From Octopus bimaculoides (lineage: Eukaryota), in assembly GCF_001194135.2 (NCBI RefSeq), contig NC_068999.1, positions 50,330,911 to 50,370,321 of the forward strand: a stretch of DNA of 39,411 bases, in the 5' to 3' direction. Positions within the stretch are counted from its first letter, which is position 1. The number at the start of each line of letters is the position of its first letter. Shown here piece after piece: positions 1-10,240 of the stretch. Below the pieces are notes generated by a model, which was not told where the DNA came from, did not search any database, and saw nothing but the letters and a program-made list of their open reading frames with translations. The translations under genes and the position numbers were made by a program.

Positions 1-5
1 ATACT

Positions 6-76
<71 letters not shown>

Positions 77-347
77 CTGAACATAAATGGCAGTATTAGA
101 CTAAAGAACACTTACTTATGGAAGCTGATGCTGCATTGTCTTGTTCTAAATTTCAAGTTCAATGTCAGAGTTTTAAGTGTAGATCACATTTTGAAAAAAA
201 TGCATTTTCTTTTAAAATCAGGATATTTGCGTAGATCTGGAAACTAATTTAAAATTTTGAAAGTTTATCGTGCATGTGTTACATTTTTTTCTTTTCATTA
301 AGAGTCTTTAAATTTTGATCTTAGCTCTCAGATCCCTAATGACAATA

Positions 348-721
348 ACTTTTGAAGACACCTCGGGGGTCGACAGACCACGGGTTGACGATGATGGCTG
401 TTATAATGCATTAATTAACTAGATGCATATAATCCTTTAAATATCTCTGTCATATGGTAATTTACATTAAGTTATTGTTTTTGTCTTGAAGCTTAATATT
501 TTTCTTTAATACGGATATTTAGAGAATGTTATTAACACGCTGAATTATGCCGCGGGCGTATAATTCATGATCCCTGTAACTAGTACTCGTGCAGCCTACT
601 AGAAATCTTAATAATAACTCTCTTGACGGTGATATTTAAAGTTACATAAGGGAATATATTATTAAATACATAATGTCTTAAATAAAATAGACGCGACGGA
701 TATGGCAAGTACCCTTTTGTT
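348..721. repeat. ~370 bp dispersed repeat, copy 1 (copy 2 at 6903-7261, same orientation)
   Basis: Colinear similarity by eye from ACACCTCGGGGGTC to CCTTTTGTT, with an exact 46-nt match at 505-550 = 7046-7091. Confidence 0.9.
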
Positions 722-761
722 TGTAGATTACTCCGAATGGGGCAAACATATTTCACAGATA

Positions 762-961
762 AATAATGGTCTCAAATTTTGGCACAAGGACAGCAATTTT
801 AGGAGAGGGGTTAGTTGATTACATCGACCTCGGTGTTCTACTACTACTTATTTTATCGACCCGAAAAGATGAAAGGCAAAGTCGACCTCGGAACGTAAGG
901 GCGGACGAAATACCACTAAGTATTTTGTCTGGCATGGTAACGATTCTACCTGCTCGCCGTC
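762..961 (-). mobile_element. tRNA-derived SINE, family M (body with ...CCGAGGTCGACTTTGCCTTTCATCCTTTCGGGGTCGATAAA...)
   Basis: Shares AAAGGCAAAGTCGACCTCGG, ATCGACC and AAATTTTGGCACAAG blocks with the copies at 2908, 9854, 20797, 34301, 37536 and 37735. Confidence 0.85.
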
Positions 962-1332
962 TTTTTATAGTTAAATAATAACAATAACATACATACACAT
1001 ATATATTTGATTCGACGAGGTGAGTTTTGTCTCCTTTGGTGGTCGATAAAAATGAGGAATTGGTTTCGAGAGTCGAGCAAAATGCATTCTGGGTTACTTA
1101 TACGGCTTTTTGCGTTCTCATAGTAACGCTAGCAATGACACAGGTACCAGGCTGAATTGGACCGTATCGATGGTGATTTCTTCCTTTGGATAGACATTGG
1201 TAGCATGGAGAGAGAAGACTGATATGCATGGGCAGCTGCTAGTCTTTCTCAAAAATATCTTGCTGAGGGCTGCACAAACTTGTGCTTTTGACTGGTGATC
1301 CGAGACCAACGGGCCCTCCGTTATGTCTCCGA

Positions 1333-1476
1333 TATGCAGGAAAACTGGAAGCACATTAACCAACGTCCTTCGCTCTCTATGATAGTAGGAGTGGTTGTTA
1401 TGCAAATATTTCTGACGTTGAACATATCTTAAGAAAGGAAGGACGTTGATTAATGTGCTTCTAGTTTTCCTGCATA
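1333..1476. repeat. 39-bp inverted repeat (37/39 complementary) with a 66-nt loop
   Basis: 1333-1371 TATGCAGGAAAACTGGAAGCACATTAACCAACGTCCTTC is the reverse complement of 1438-1476 except at 2 positions. Confidence 0.95.
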
Positions 1477-2110
1477 CTGGAAAAATAAGGGATGGTCAAG
1501 GCCAGAATGTATATGCTTACGATGAGTCTGCTTGATCAGCCTTGACCTAGGACTAAAATCAACAACACCAATAAAGTTATTGAAACAAATGTCTTTTTTG
1601 TTGTTAATCCCAGGTTAGCACTTTTCGACTAGGCTTACATTGTAGTAATTAATGGGAGAAAATGATGTGTCGTTCAAGGGAGATTCAGTTGCTATTTCTA
1701 GCGGGTCAGTGATCGCTAAGGAGCTTATTCATTTGCTCACTTATTTCATAAATATAGTGAAGACGCGTGGCAGCCGACCTTAGACTGTTGAAGAGAATGC
1801 CTCGCGGTATTTGTTCCGAACATCTGCTCTCTGAGTTCGAATCCTGCCGAGGTCAGCTTTTGTTTTTCTTCCTTTCGTGGTTGCTAAGAAATATTAAACA
1901 GAGGTCCATATGGCTCTTTGGCATGAGGAGTTCATAAAAGATTTTGTTGTTAAAATTTATGGGAATACTTTGGTTATACTTTTACAATACACAAAACATT
2001 TTAACAAGTTTTTTTATACAATTCCAAATAATTATAAAAATATGATGGGATTTCTTAAAACATCAAATGTCTATGAGGTTCTACCTGAGTGATGTAGAAC
2101 TCAAAGGGGT

Positions 2111-2317
2111 CTATAGGTTAAGCAATGGTTGTGAACCATAGATCTCGGGTGATAGATTGGCAAATCTGTAAAAGGTTCGAGTGAGATATCTGGCAATAGC
2201 TTCTCCGGTTCTTTGCGCTCGGACAGTAACATCTACGTACAAGCCTAATTTATATCGGCCTAATTTAGCGTGGAGAAGAGGAGACTTGCATGCATGGCCA
2301 AGCAACAGCAAGTCTTC
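2111..2317 (-). CDS. Candidate terminal coding exon, 68 aa (EDLLLLGHACKSPLLHAK...YGSQPLLNL*), product unknown
   Basis: Minus-strand CTAAC (2352-2348), then T7-CAG acceptor at 2320-2318, then an open phase-0 frame to TAG. No recognisable domain. A decayed paralog lies at ~1095-1270, so it may be a repeat remnant. Confidence 0.15.
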   Translation of the reverse strand, partial: EDLLLLGHACKSPLLHAKLGRYKLGLYVDVTVRAQRTGEAIARYLTRTFYRFANLSPEIYGSQPLLNL

Positions 2318-2907
2318 CTGAAAAAAATTTACACGAGCAAATGTATGGTTAGCTATTATCGATGGACGTTCTTTGATTTCAACGAAGACCCATTGAACGA
2401 AATAAAAATAACAACAGCAGCAGCAGTAGCAGCAGCAGCAACAACAACAACAGACGAAACAAAACAACGACAAACAATAAGACATTTTACGGGCAAATTA
2501 TCAAAAGTTAATCAGAACTCATAAACCAAAACACATCCATAGGCGTACACATACGTGCGAGCAGACGCACACAAATACATGCATATAAATAGATGCGGCT
2601 AATGGATGGCAGAAATCGATTGAGCGTCTGACAAAATAACTTGTGGTATTTGGCTACCTTCCTCTCCGTTCTGAGCTCTAATTTAATTTTGGTCTTCTAC
2701 GGGGTCGATAAATAAAGAAGCAGTCAATAAGACATATATTGGATTTAATGTAAACAATTACTGTACACAATAAACTAGAAAAAAAAAGCAGATTCAAACA
2801 GAAACGCGCATGCATGTAGTCACTAAAACCTGATAATATTTATTTATATACATATTATATCTTTTAGAATGAGGAAAGATGTAGTATATGTATTTATCAA
2901 CACATTA

Positions 2908-3116
2908 TATATTCTTTTCTACTCTAGCCACGAGGCCCAAAATTTTTGGGGAGGGGGCCAGTCGATTAGATCGACCTCAGTACGCAGCTGGTACTTAATT
3001 TATCGACTCCGAAAGGTTGAAAGGCAAAGTCGACCTCGGCGGAATTTGATCTCAGAACGTAAAGACAGACGAAATACCGCTAAGCATGCTTACGTCTCTG
3101 CCAGCTCACCGCCTTC
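2908..3116 (-). mobile_element. SINE family M, near full length
   Basis: Minus strand reads GGCGGTGAGCTGGCAGAG head, GTTCTGAGATCAAATTCCGCCGAGGTCGACTTTGCCTTT body, and GGGCCTCGTGGCTAGAGTAGAAAAGAATAT tail. Confidence 0.9.
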
Positions 3117-3135
3117 AACACATTATTTATTGTAT

Positions 3136-3177
<42 letters not shown>

Positions 3178-3590
3178 NNNNNNNNNNNNNNNNNNNNNNN
3201 NNNNNNNNNNNNNNNNNNNNNNNNNNNNNNNNNNNNNNNNNNNNNNNNNNNNNNNNNNNNNNNNNNNNNNNNNNNNNNNNNNNNNNNNNNNNNNNNNNNN
3301 NNNNNNNNNNNNNNNNNNNNNNNNNNNNNNNNNNNNNNNNNNNNNNNNNNNNNNNNNNNNNNNNNNNNNNNNNNNNNNNNNNNNNNNNNNNNNNNNNNNN
3401 NNNNNNNNNNNNNNNNNNNNNNNNNNNNNNNNNNNNNNNNNNNNNNNNNNNNNNNNNNNNNNNNNNNNNNNNNNNNNNNNNNNNNNNNNNNNNNNNNNNN
3501 NNNNNNNNNNNNNNNNNNNNNNNNNNNNNNNNNNNNNNNNNNNNNNNNNNNNNNNNNNNNNNNNNNNNNNNNNNNNNNNNNNNNNNNNNN

Positions 3591-3688
3591 TAGTAGAAGA
3601 CACTTGCCCAAAGTGCCACGCAGTGGGACTGAACCCGGAACCATGTGGTTGGTAAGCAAGCTACTTACCACGCAGCCACTCCTACACC
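3591..3688 (-). mobile_element. tRNA-derived SINE family C head, cut by a gap
   Basis: GGTGTAGGAGTGGCTGCGTGGTAAGTAG...GGTTCAGTCCCACTGCGTGGCACTTTGGGCAAGTGTCTTCTACTA on the minus strand; also seen at 15003-15151 and 29191-29290. Confidence 0.85.
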
Positions 3689-3762
3689 TGTGCGGTTAAT
3701 ATCTATAATAAATTTGCCATTTTCGATGGGTGTGCGCTGCACACCCAGCACACCCGGAATAT

Positions 3763-4061
3763 GTTCTTGTTTGTTCCTTCTCGACCCATGCCTGGCTCAT
3801 AAGGGCCGGTTTCCCGGTTTCATTGGCGTATAGGTTCCCCACATGGACGGGATGCCGGTCCATCACAGGTGAGCTGCTAGATGCAGGAGGAAAGAGTGAG
3901 AGAAAGTTGTGGTGAAAGAATCAGCAGATGTTCGCCATTATCTTCTGCCATAGCCACATGGAGATTAGGTGTTTCGCTCATAAACACACACATCGCCCGG
4001 TCTGAGATTCGAACCCGCGATCCCGAGTCCGCTGCTCTAACCACTAGGCCAAGTGCCTCCA
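3763..4061 (-). mobile_element. Full-length tRNA-derived SINE family B with 14-bp target-site duplication
   Basis: A box TGGCCTAGTGG and B box GGTTCGAATC on the minus strand; CACACCCGGAATAT on both sides (3749-3762 and 4062-4075). Confidence 0.9.
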
Positions 4062-4802
4062 CACACCCGGAATATACGCCCCTGATATTCATATATATAT
4101 AACCATAACTTACGTATTGTGTCATTTTCAGTGGGTTCTCGCCATTTATGCTTCGTTTCATAGAAAAAGTGTACTCCAAAAGTATTAATCCAGAACGTTT
4201 ACATACGCACAGCCATATATGTCACGTGTGTGTGCATGTGTGTGTGTGTGTTTGAGTGTGTGTTTGTGTAAATATATATGTATATATATATATATATGTA
4301 TGTGTACATATGTGTGTTGATTTGTGTGTATGTGTATTTGTATTTAGGGCACAAATTCAAGTTAGATCATGGGTAAAATAAATACTGAATTAAAAAAATC
4401 TTAACTCAGTGGGAAAATATGCAGAAAATTATATTAAAGATTATATCATTATACATATTATTATTATTATTATTATTATTATAAATAATGTGACCACCCC
4501 CCCACGAAAGAACCAAAAGATTCAAGCAACATGATTGATCTCGCTGAACATTTGGTATATATGTCTCGAGAATTGGTCAAGAATTATTACGTAGATATGG
4601 CACTGTTTCATATTTTACCATTATTTAACGAAGTCAGGATCCAGATAGAAACGGGAAGCCGCGCGGCCATTAAAAAAAAAAAGAAAAATACTGTTTAGTG
4701 TTTTTATGTGTTTTTGTTTTGCTTTTATGATTTGGAAAACTGGCAATATTTTAGACAATATGGCGAGTTTCATTCCTTTCTTTCAGCCACTTCTTTTCCT
4801 CT

Positions 4803-4841
<39 letters not shown>

Positions 4842-5637
4842 TGTGTGTGTGTGTGTGCGTGTGTGTATGTATGCTTGTGTGTGTGTGTGTGNNNNNNNNN
4901 NNNNNNNNNNNNNNNNNNNNNNNNNNNNNNNNNNNNNNNNNNNNNNNNNNNNNNNNNNNNNNNNNNNNNNNNNNNNNNNNNNNNNNNNNNNNNNNNNNNN
5001 NNNNNNNNNNNNNNNNNNNNNNNNNNNNNNNNNNNNNNNNNNNNNNNNNNNNNNNNNNNNNNNNNNNNNNNNNNNNNNNNNNNNNNNNNNNNNNNNNNNN
5101 NNNNNNNNNNNNNNNNNNNNNNNNNNNNNNNNNNNNNNNNNNNNNNNNNNNNNNNNNNNNNNNNNNNNNNNNNNNNNNNNNNNNNNNNNNNNNNNNNNNN
5201 NNNNNNNNNNNNNNNNNNNNNNNNNNNNNNNNNNNNNNNNNNNNNNNNNNNNNNNNNNNNNNNNNNNNNNNNNNNNNNNNNNNNNNNNNNNNNNNNNNNN
5301 NNNNNNNNNNNNNNGCATATATGTAATGCTTATATGTATAAATATAAGATATATATAATATATATATGTTTATATGTATTTAATGTATGTGCATGTATTG
5401 CACGTATGTATATGTGTATGTGTAAACAATGTGGAAGTATGTATATAAATGTAAGCCCTGCCTCCTCAGTATCTATAAATCCATTGACGTCGGTTAAAAA
5501 TGGAGCTTTGCCGGTCAGCCCTCCTTTTAGTCGCCATTCTGCCACCAGGGGGAAACATATCAGATTGATTAGAGTAGAACATATATATCTATCTATATAT
5601 AAGCAGAAATAAGTACAACAGCCTCGTCATCACAAGT

Positions 5638-5690
<53 letters not shown>

Positions 5691-5691
5691 C
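5638..5691. repeat. (AAC)n microsatellite
   Basis: Direct reading. Confidence 0.98.
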
Positions 5692-6029
5692 TCAAATAAT
5701 AACGACGACGACAGTAGATACACTATTAGTTAGAAAAAAAAAAACAGTAAAAAAGCGAACAATTAAAACAACTGCGCCGCGAGAGAAAAAAATACGAAAG
5801 GATAAAACCACAAGAGGATTAATGAACACAAATGACTGCAAATATATAATAAATTGGGATTGTAGTAGTAATAGTAGCAGTATACAGAATAATACGCACC
5901 ACCACAACAACCACCACTGTCATCATAGCAACAATAACCACAAGAAATCCAACGAAAATGTCACTAAAATTGCAGCAAAACCAATAATCAAAATGGGGGA
6001 TATGCGAGTCATCGAAGCATCGTCTGCGC

Positions 6030-6290
6030 CAGTGATTCTCAACTATTCTTTTTTTTTTTTAACCTATCGACCCCTTTGATTCTTATTTTACTCTGCTGGA
6101 CCTCCATAGCTATTCGATATGTATAAAAAAAATATCCTACTGTATTTATAATTTATATTCATTATTAGGAATTGTATAAAAAATAATTAATAAAATATTT
6201 TGTGGATTGTAGAAATGTAAGCAATTTATTACACAAATTTTAACAACAAAAAAAATGGACCTGTAGGGGATCCATATAAGATTTTGAATC
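6030..6290. mobile_element. Decayed hAT(Charlie)-type MITE
   Basis: Starts CAGTGATTCTCAAC (hAT-Charlie-like TIR), with GGACC/GACCCC subterminal motifs and an AT-rich interior. The right TIR is not recognisable. Confidence 0.4.
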
Positions 6291-6372
6291 TCAAAGACCT
6301 TAGAAATAAAATCATACTCTTGAAATATATCATGGCATTTATTTTAATTGACTTCTAAGGAGATATAAAGTT

Positions 6373-6485
6373 CCGATCAACATGACCAAACAGTTTGGGA
6401 ACCGATCAACGTGACCAAACAGTTTGGGAACCGATCAACATGACCAAACAGTTTGGGAACCGATCAACATGACCAAACAGTTTGG
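6373..6485. repeat. 29-bp minisatellite x3.9 (CCGATCAACATGACCAAACAGTTTGGGAA) with internal palindrome
   Basis: Units start at 6373, 6402, 6431 and 6460 with one substitution overall; each contains CCAAAC-A-GTTTGG. Confidence 0.97.
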
Positions 6486-6529
6486 TTTGACTTGATAACA
6501 TTGCATGATAAAAACATGATAAAAATCGA

Positions 6530-6745
6530 ACATTGGGTACACCAGAGTTGATACAGTATAAGTCAAATATAGCTCTGTTAGCATTTGTTGTGATGTCGCG
6601 AGCTGATAAGTAGCCCCTGATCCAAGCCATGAGAGACAAATTCAGTCAAAAAGTGAGCAGTGTAGCCGTGATATTTGCCTTCTCGATCTGCTTCAATGCT
6701 CTTCTAGTGTCAAGTAAAACAACACAAATGTATTTCGTATTTGCA
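6530..6745 (-). mobile_element. Degenerate non-LTR retrotransposon reverse-transcriptase fragment (CR1/Jockey/I-group-like)
   Basis: Minus translation KYICVVLLDTRRALKQIEKANITATLLTF*LNLSLMAWIRGYLSARDITTNANRAIFDLYCINSGVPN matches the pattern LDxxKAFD...WIxxYLSxR...SGVPQG; it has an in-frame stop. Confidence 0.75.
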
Positions 6746-6902
6746 AGATTTTTGATAGGAACTCGTGCGTTGAAACTAACTTTTGTTTTATCTCGGGAGG
6801 GTCATCATGTGAATAATGACGAACCTAACCAATTGATTGAGTGATTGACGGAACGATTACTCAAACAACCATCGATTAGTTAATTGGTTAAACGGTTAAT
6901 TG

Positions 6903-7261
6903 ACTTTTGCAAACACCTCGGGGGTCCGCAGACCACGGCTATTATAATGCACTAATTAACTAGATGCGTATAATCCTTTAAATATCTCCTTCATATGGTA
7001 TCTACATTAAATTATTGTTTTTGTTTTGAGGCTTAACAGTTTTCTTTTAATACGGATATTTAGAGAATGTTATTAACACGCTGAATTATGCTGCTGGCGT
7101 ATAGTTCATGAGCCCTGTTACTAGTACTCGTGCCACCTGCTAGAAATAGCAACAATAACTCTCTTCACGACGATATTGAAAGTTACACAAGAAAGTATAG
7201 TGTTAAATACATAATGTTTTAAGAAAAATAGACGGAGTGATTGTGGCCAGTGCCTTTTGTT
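6903..7261. repeat. ~360 bp dispersed repeat, copy 2 of 348-721
   Basis: See copy 1. Confidence 0.9.
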
Positions 7262-7644
7262 AATGATTGTCTGTCATCTTTGAAATGTTGAAATTGTGAG
7301 AGATCAGTGAACAGTAGTCAGGGTCAAAGTTATTGCCATTCTTGTGTTTGTTATACACTATAGCGCGTTTCCAAAGATCCGGATGGCTCACTAGAGTAAG
7401 AGAAAGAGAGGAGGAAAAAGGTAGAAAATGCGAAAGTGATATAGATAGATAGATAGAGAGAGAGAGAAAATGGGGAGCGAACGTGTGCAAGATTGCAGAA
7501 TTTAGAGTCTCGCTATGAGGTGCATTGTCTGGTGATAAAGATAAGGACGTTGTCAGGGTCAGTAGCCTCCACCATTTGACCGGAGATGATTGCATACTTG
7601 ATTGTGTACAGGGAGGTGAATGCGTGTGCGTGTTTTGGTTTGTG

Positions 7645-7759
7645 TAAGGGTACACGTGTCTGTGGAGTGCTCAGCCACTTGCACGTTAATTTCATGAGCA
7701 GGCTGTTCCGTTGATTGGATCAACTGGAACAATCGTCGTCGTAAACCGACGGGGTGCCA
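7645..7759 (+). mobile_element. SINE 3' tail fragment (tail shared by families A and B)
   Basis: TAAGGGTACACGTGTCTGTGGAGTGCTCAGCCACTTGCACG...CCGACGGGGTGCCA matches the reverse complements at 23681-23800 and 28921-29040. Confidence 0.85.
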
Positions 7760-8308
7760 ACCAAACAACAAAAGCAGAGACTGTAGCAAAACGTGATAAG
7801 GATAACAGCCACAACAGAACAACCATTACAACCTCTCTGCTTGTGCTTAATGACGACAGCAACAACGACGAAGACGACGACGAATGGCAGAACACGAATG
7901 GCAGAACACGAATGCCAGCTACGACAGCGAGGAAACGCGCATGGAATTACGGCAAACTGAAGCACAAACTACATTAGGCGCGAAGTTGTTTTCATCTGTC
8001 CAATAGACAATTAATACTAATCTGTTGATATTATTAATTAGTGTGGATCATTGAGTACAGGAACGCTATGTGCTGTGTACTGTGTAGGGTAATTATGTGT
8101 GTGTTTGTGTGTGTGTGTGTGCATGTGTGTATGAATGAGTTTGTGTGCGTGTCCAGATATATATATATATATGTATATATACGTGTGTGTATACACACAC
8201 ATATGTAAATATATACATACACATATATACATGTATATATGTATATGTATGTGTGAATCCATACATACATACATACATACATACATACACACATATATAC
8301 ATATATAC

Positions 8309-8353
<45 letters not shown>

Positions 8354-8500
8354 TTTAAACGTGTGTGTGTGTGTGTGTGTGTGTGAGAGTGTGTGCATGC
8401 GTTTGTATTGATGTACTGTTTCTACGTGTCTGCCAGTGAAATGAACTGTAGGTGCGTAAGTATATTTACGTGTATGAGCATAATTAGGAATAATCTATCG

Positions 8501-8536
<36 letters not shown>

Positions 8537-8729
8537 GAACGGTGTGCGCATATGAATCGATATGTAAATACTATTATACATACACTGTTTCCCCAAACAC
8601 ACACGCGCGCGCGAACATAAATCTATAAAAATCGCAGTGAAGTCAGCTGATATGATTGAAGTTTATTATGAATAGTTTACTTTTCATCTCCACTAATTAA
8701 CCAACGTTATAATTATCCTTATTAACGTT

Positions 8730-8908
8730 ACTGTCATCGTCGTCGTCGTCGTTGTTGTACCACTCCGCTTCCTCCTCTTTCACCTCCTTCTCCTCCTCCT
8801 CCTCCTCCTCCTCCTCCTCATCATCATGGTCGTCCTGCGTGTCTCCACCACCATCACTACCACCTTTCATCATCATCATCATCATCATCATCATCGTCAT
8901 CATCATTG

Positions 8909-8949
<41 letters not shown>

Positions 8950-9560
8950 GTCATCACCACCATCATCATCATCGTCATCATCAATCAGTATCATCACATC
9001 TAATATTAGTCGAGATTCAAAAGTAACTTCCCTAATGCAATCGCCATCATCCCCATCATCTCCACCCCGCCAAATCACCACCTACACAACCAACCCCATC
9101 AGCATCGCCATCACCGCCGCCGCTGCCAGCATCATTCCACATCATCATGACCTCCATGTCAACATCATCACCACACGCACCACCACCACCACCACCGCAA
9201 CCACACCACCACCATCCCTAAAACCATCACCACGACACCACCACTACCACCACATCACTACCTNNNNNNNNNNNNNNNNNNNNNNNNNNNNNNNNNNNNN
9301 NNNNNNNNNNNNNNNNNNNNNNNNNNNNNNNNNNNNNNNNNNNNNNNNNNNNNNNNNNNNNNNNNNNNNNNNNNNNNNNNNNNNNNNNNNNNNNNNNNNC
9401 ATCCCTAAAACCATCATCACCACATCACTACTACCACGACTGGCGCCGCCGCCACCACTACCACCATCGCCGCCGCTGCCACCACAATCACCACCTCCAG
9501 CATCTCCATCTCCATCGTAATCACCATCAGTGCCAGCATCAGCACCACCGCTCCTATCAA
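8730..9560. repeat. Compound trinucleotide array: (GTC)/(CTC)/(CAT)n followed by degenerate (CAC/CCA/CCG)n
   Basis: Direct reading; source of the poly-M/H/S/D/T pseudo-ORFs. Confidence 0.95.
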
Positions 9561-9853
9561 GGCATCTCTGCCACGATCAACTTAAGCAACACAGTGGTAG
9601 CTATATCATGGCCGTAGTAGAGCTTCCATTCACCTCAAACACCAGCACAGCTTCTGTCACAAACAAGAACATGAACAAGAATAAGAAAAACAGCAACTGC
9701 AACAACGCAAAGCTTAAAAACTAAAGTGTTATGAAGAATTTCAGAACGAAAGGAAAACCAAAATATGAGAAAAGTGAATAACTATGAAATCTTTATTAAT
9801 CGCAAATTAAACATCGTATGTAACGTGTATGTATAAATACATGTATTAGTCCT

Positions 9854-10070
9854 GGGTAGTTGACAGAATCGTTAGCACGCTGGGAAAATTGTTGAGCGGT
9901 ATTTCGTCCGTCTTTATGTTTTGAGTTCAATTTCCGCCGAGATCAACTTTACTTTTATTCCTTTCGGGGCCGATGAAATAAGAACCAGTTACGCACTGGA
10001 GTCGCTGTATTTGACTAGCCCAATCCCACAAAATTTCAGGCCTTGTGCCTCTAGTAGAAAGGATTATATT
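9854..10070 (+). mobile_element. SINE family M, plus orientation
   Basis: GACAGAATCGTTAGCACGCTGGG...GAGTTCAATTTCCGCCGAGATCAAC...CCTTTCGGGGCCGATG...GGCCTTGTGCCTCTAGTAGAAAGGATTAT. Confidence 0.85.
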
Positions 10071-10240
10071 GGTCCTGAATATGACTTTAAACTGCATTCG
10101 TTAGTGGGACCCTTGTTCGTGCGTTCCAGAGTTTCCAGAATATGGAAATACCTCTTAGCCACTATTGTCCCCAGGTCTACTCTGGCCCGGAGTAGTAGCA
10201 TCTGTCAAGGCCCCCAACCATGGGTTAAACAACATGTAAC
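10071..10240 (-). repeat. Unclassified interspersed repeat fragment (CTACTACTCCGGGCCAGAGTAGACCTGGGG on the minus strand)
   Basis: Resembles, from recall only, an abundant cephalopod repeat; single copy in this window. Confidence 0.35.

Noticed and set aside
5330-5545. 71-aa minus-strand ORF MAEWRLKGG...
   Set aside because: GTG start, runs into (TA)-rich repeat, no donor site and no recognisable motif.
6373-6485. CRISPR-like array
   Set aside because: No spacers and no cas genes, and the context is eukaryotic; it is a minisatellite.
8697-9520. His/Asp/Met/Ser/Pro-rich ORFs as a low-complexity protein
   Set aside because: Pure triplet arrays that are open in several frames on both strands, with no unique coding flank or splice context.
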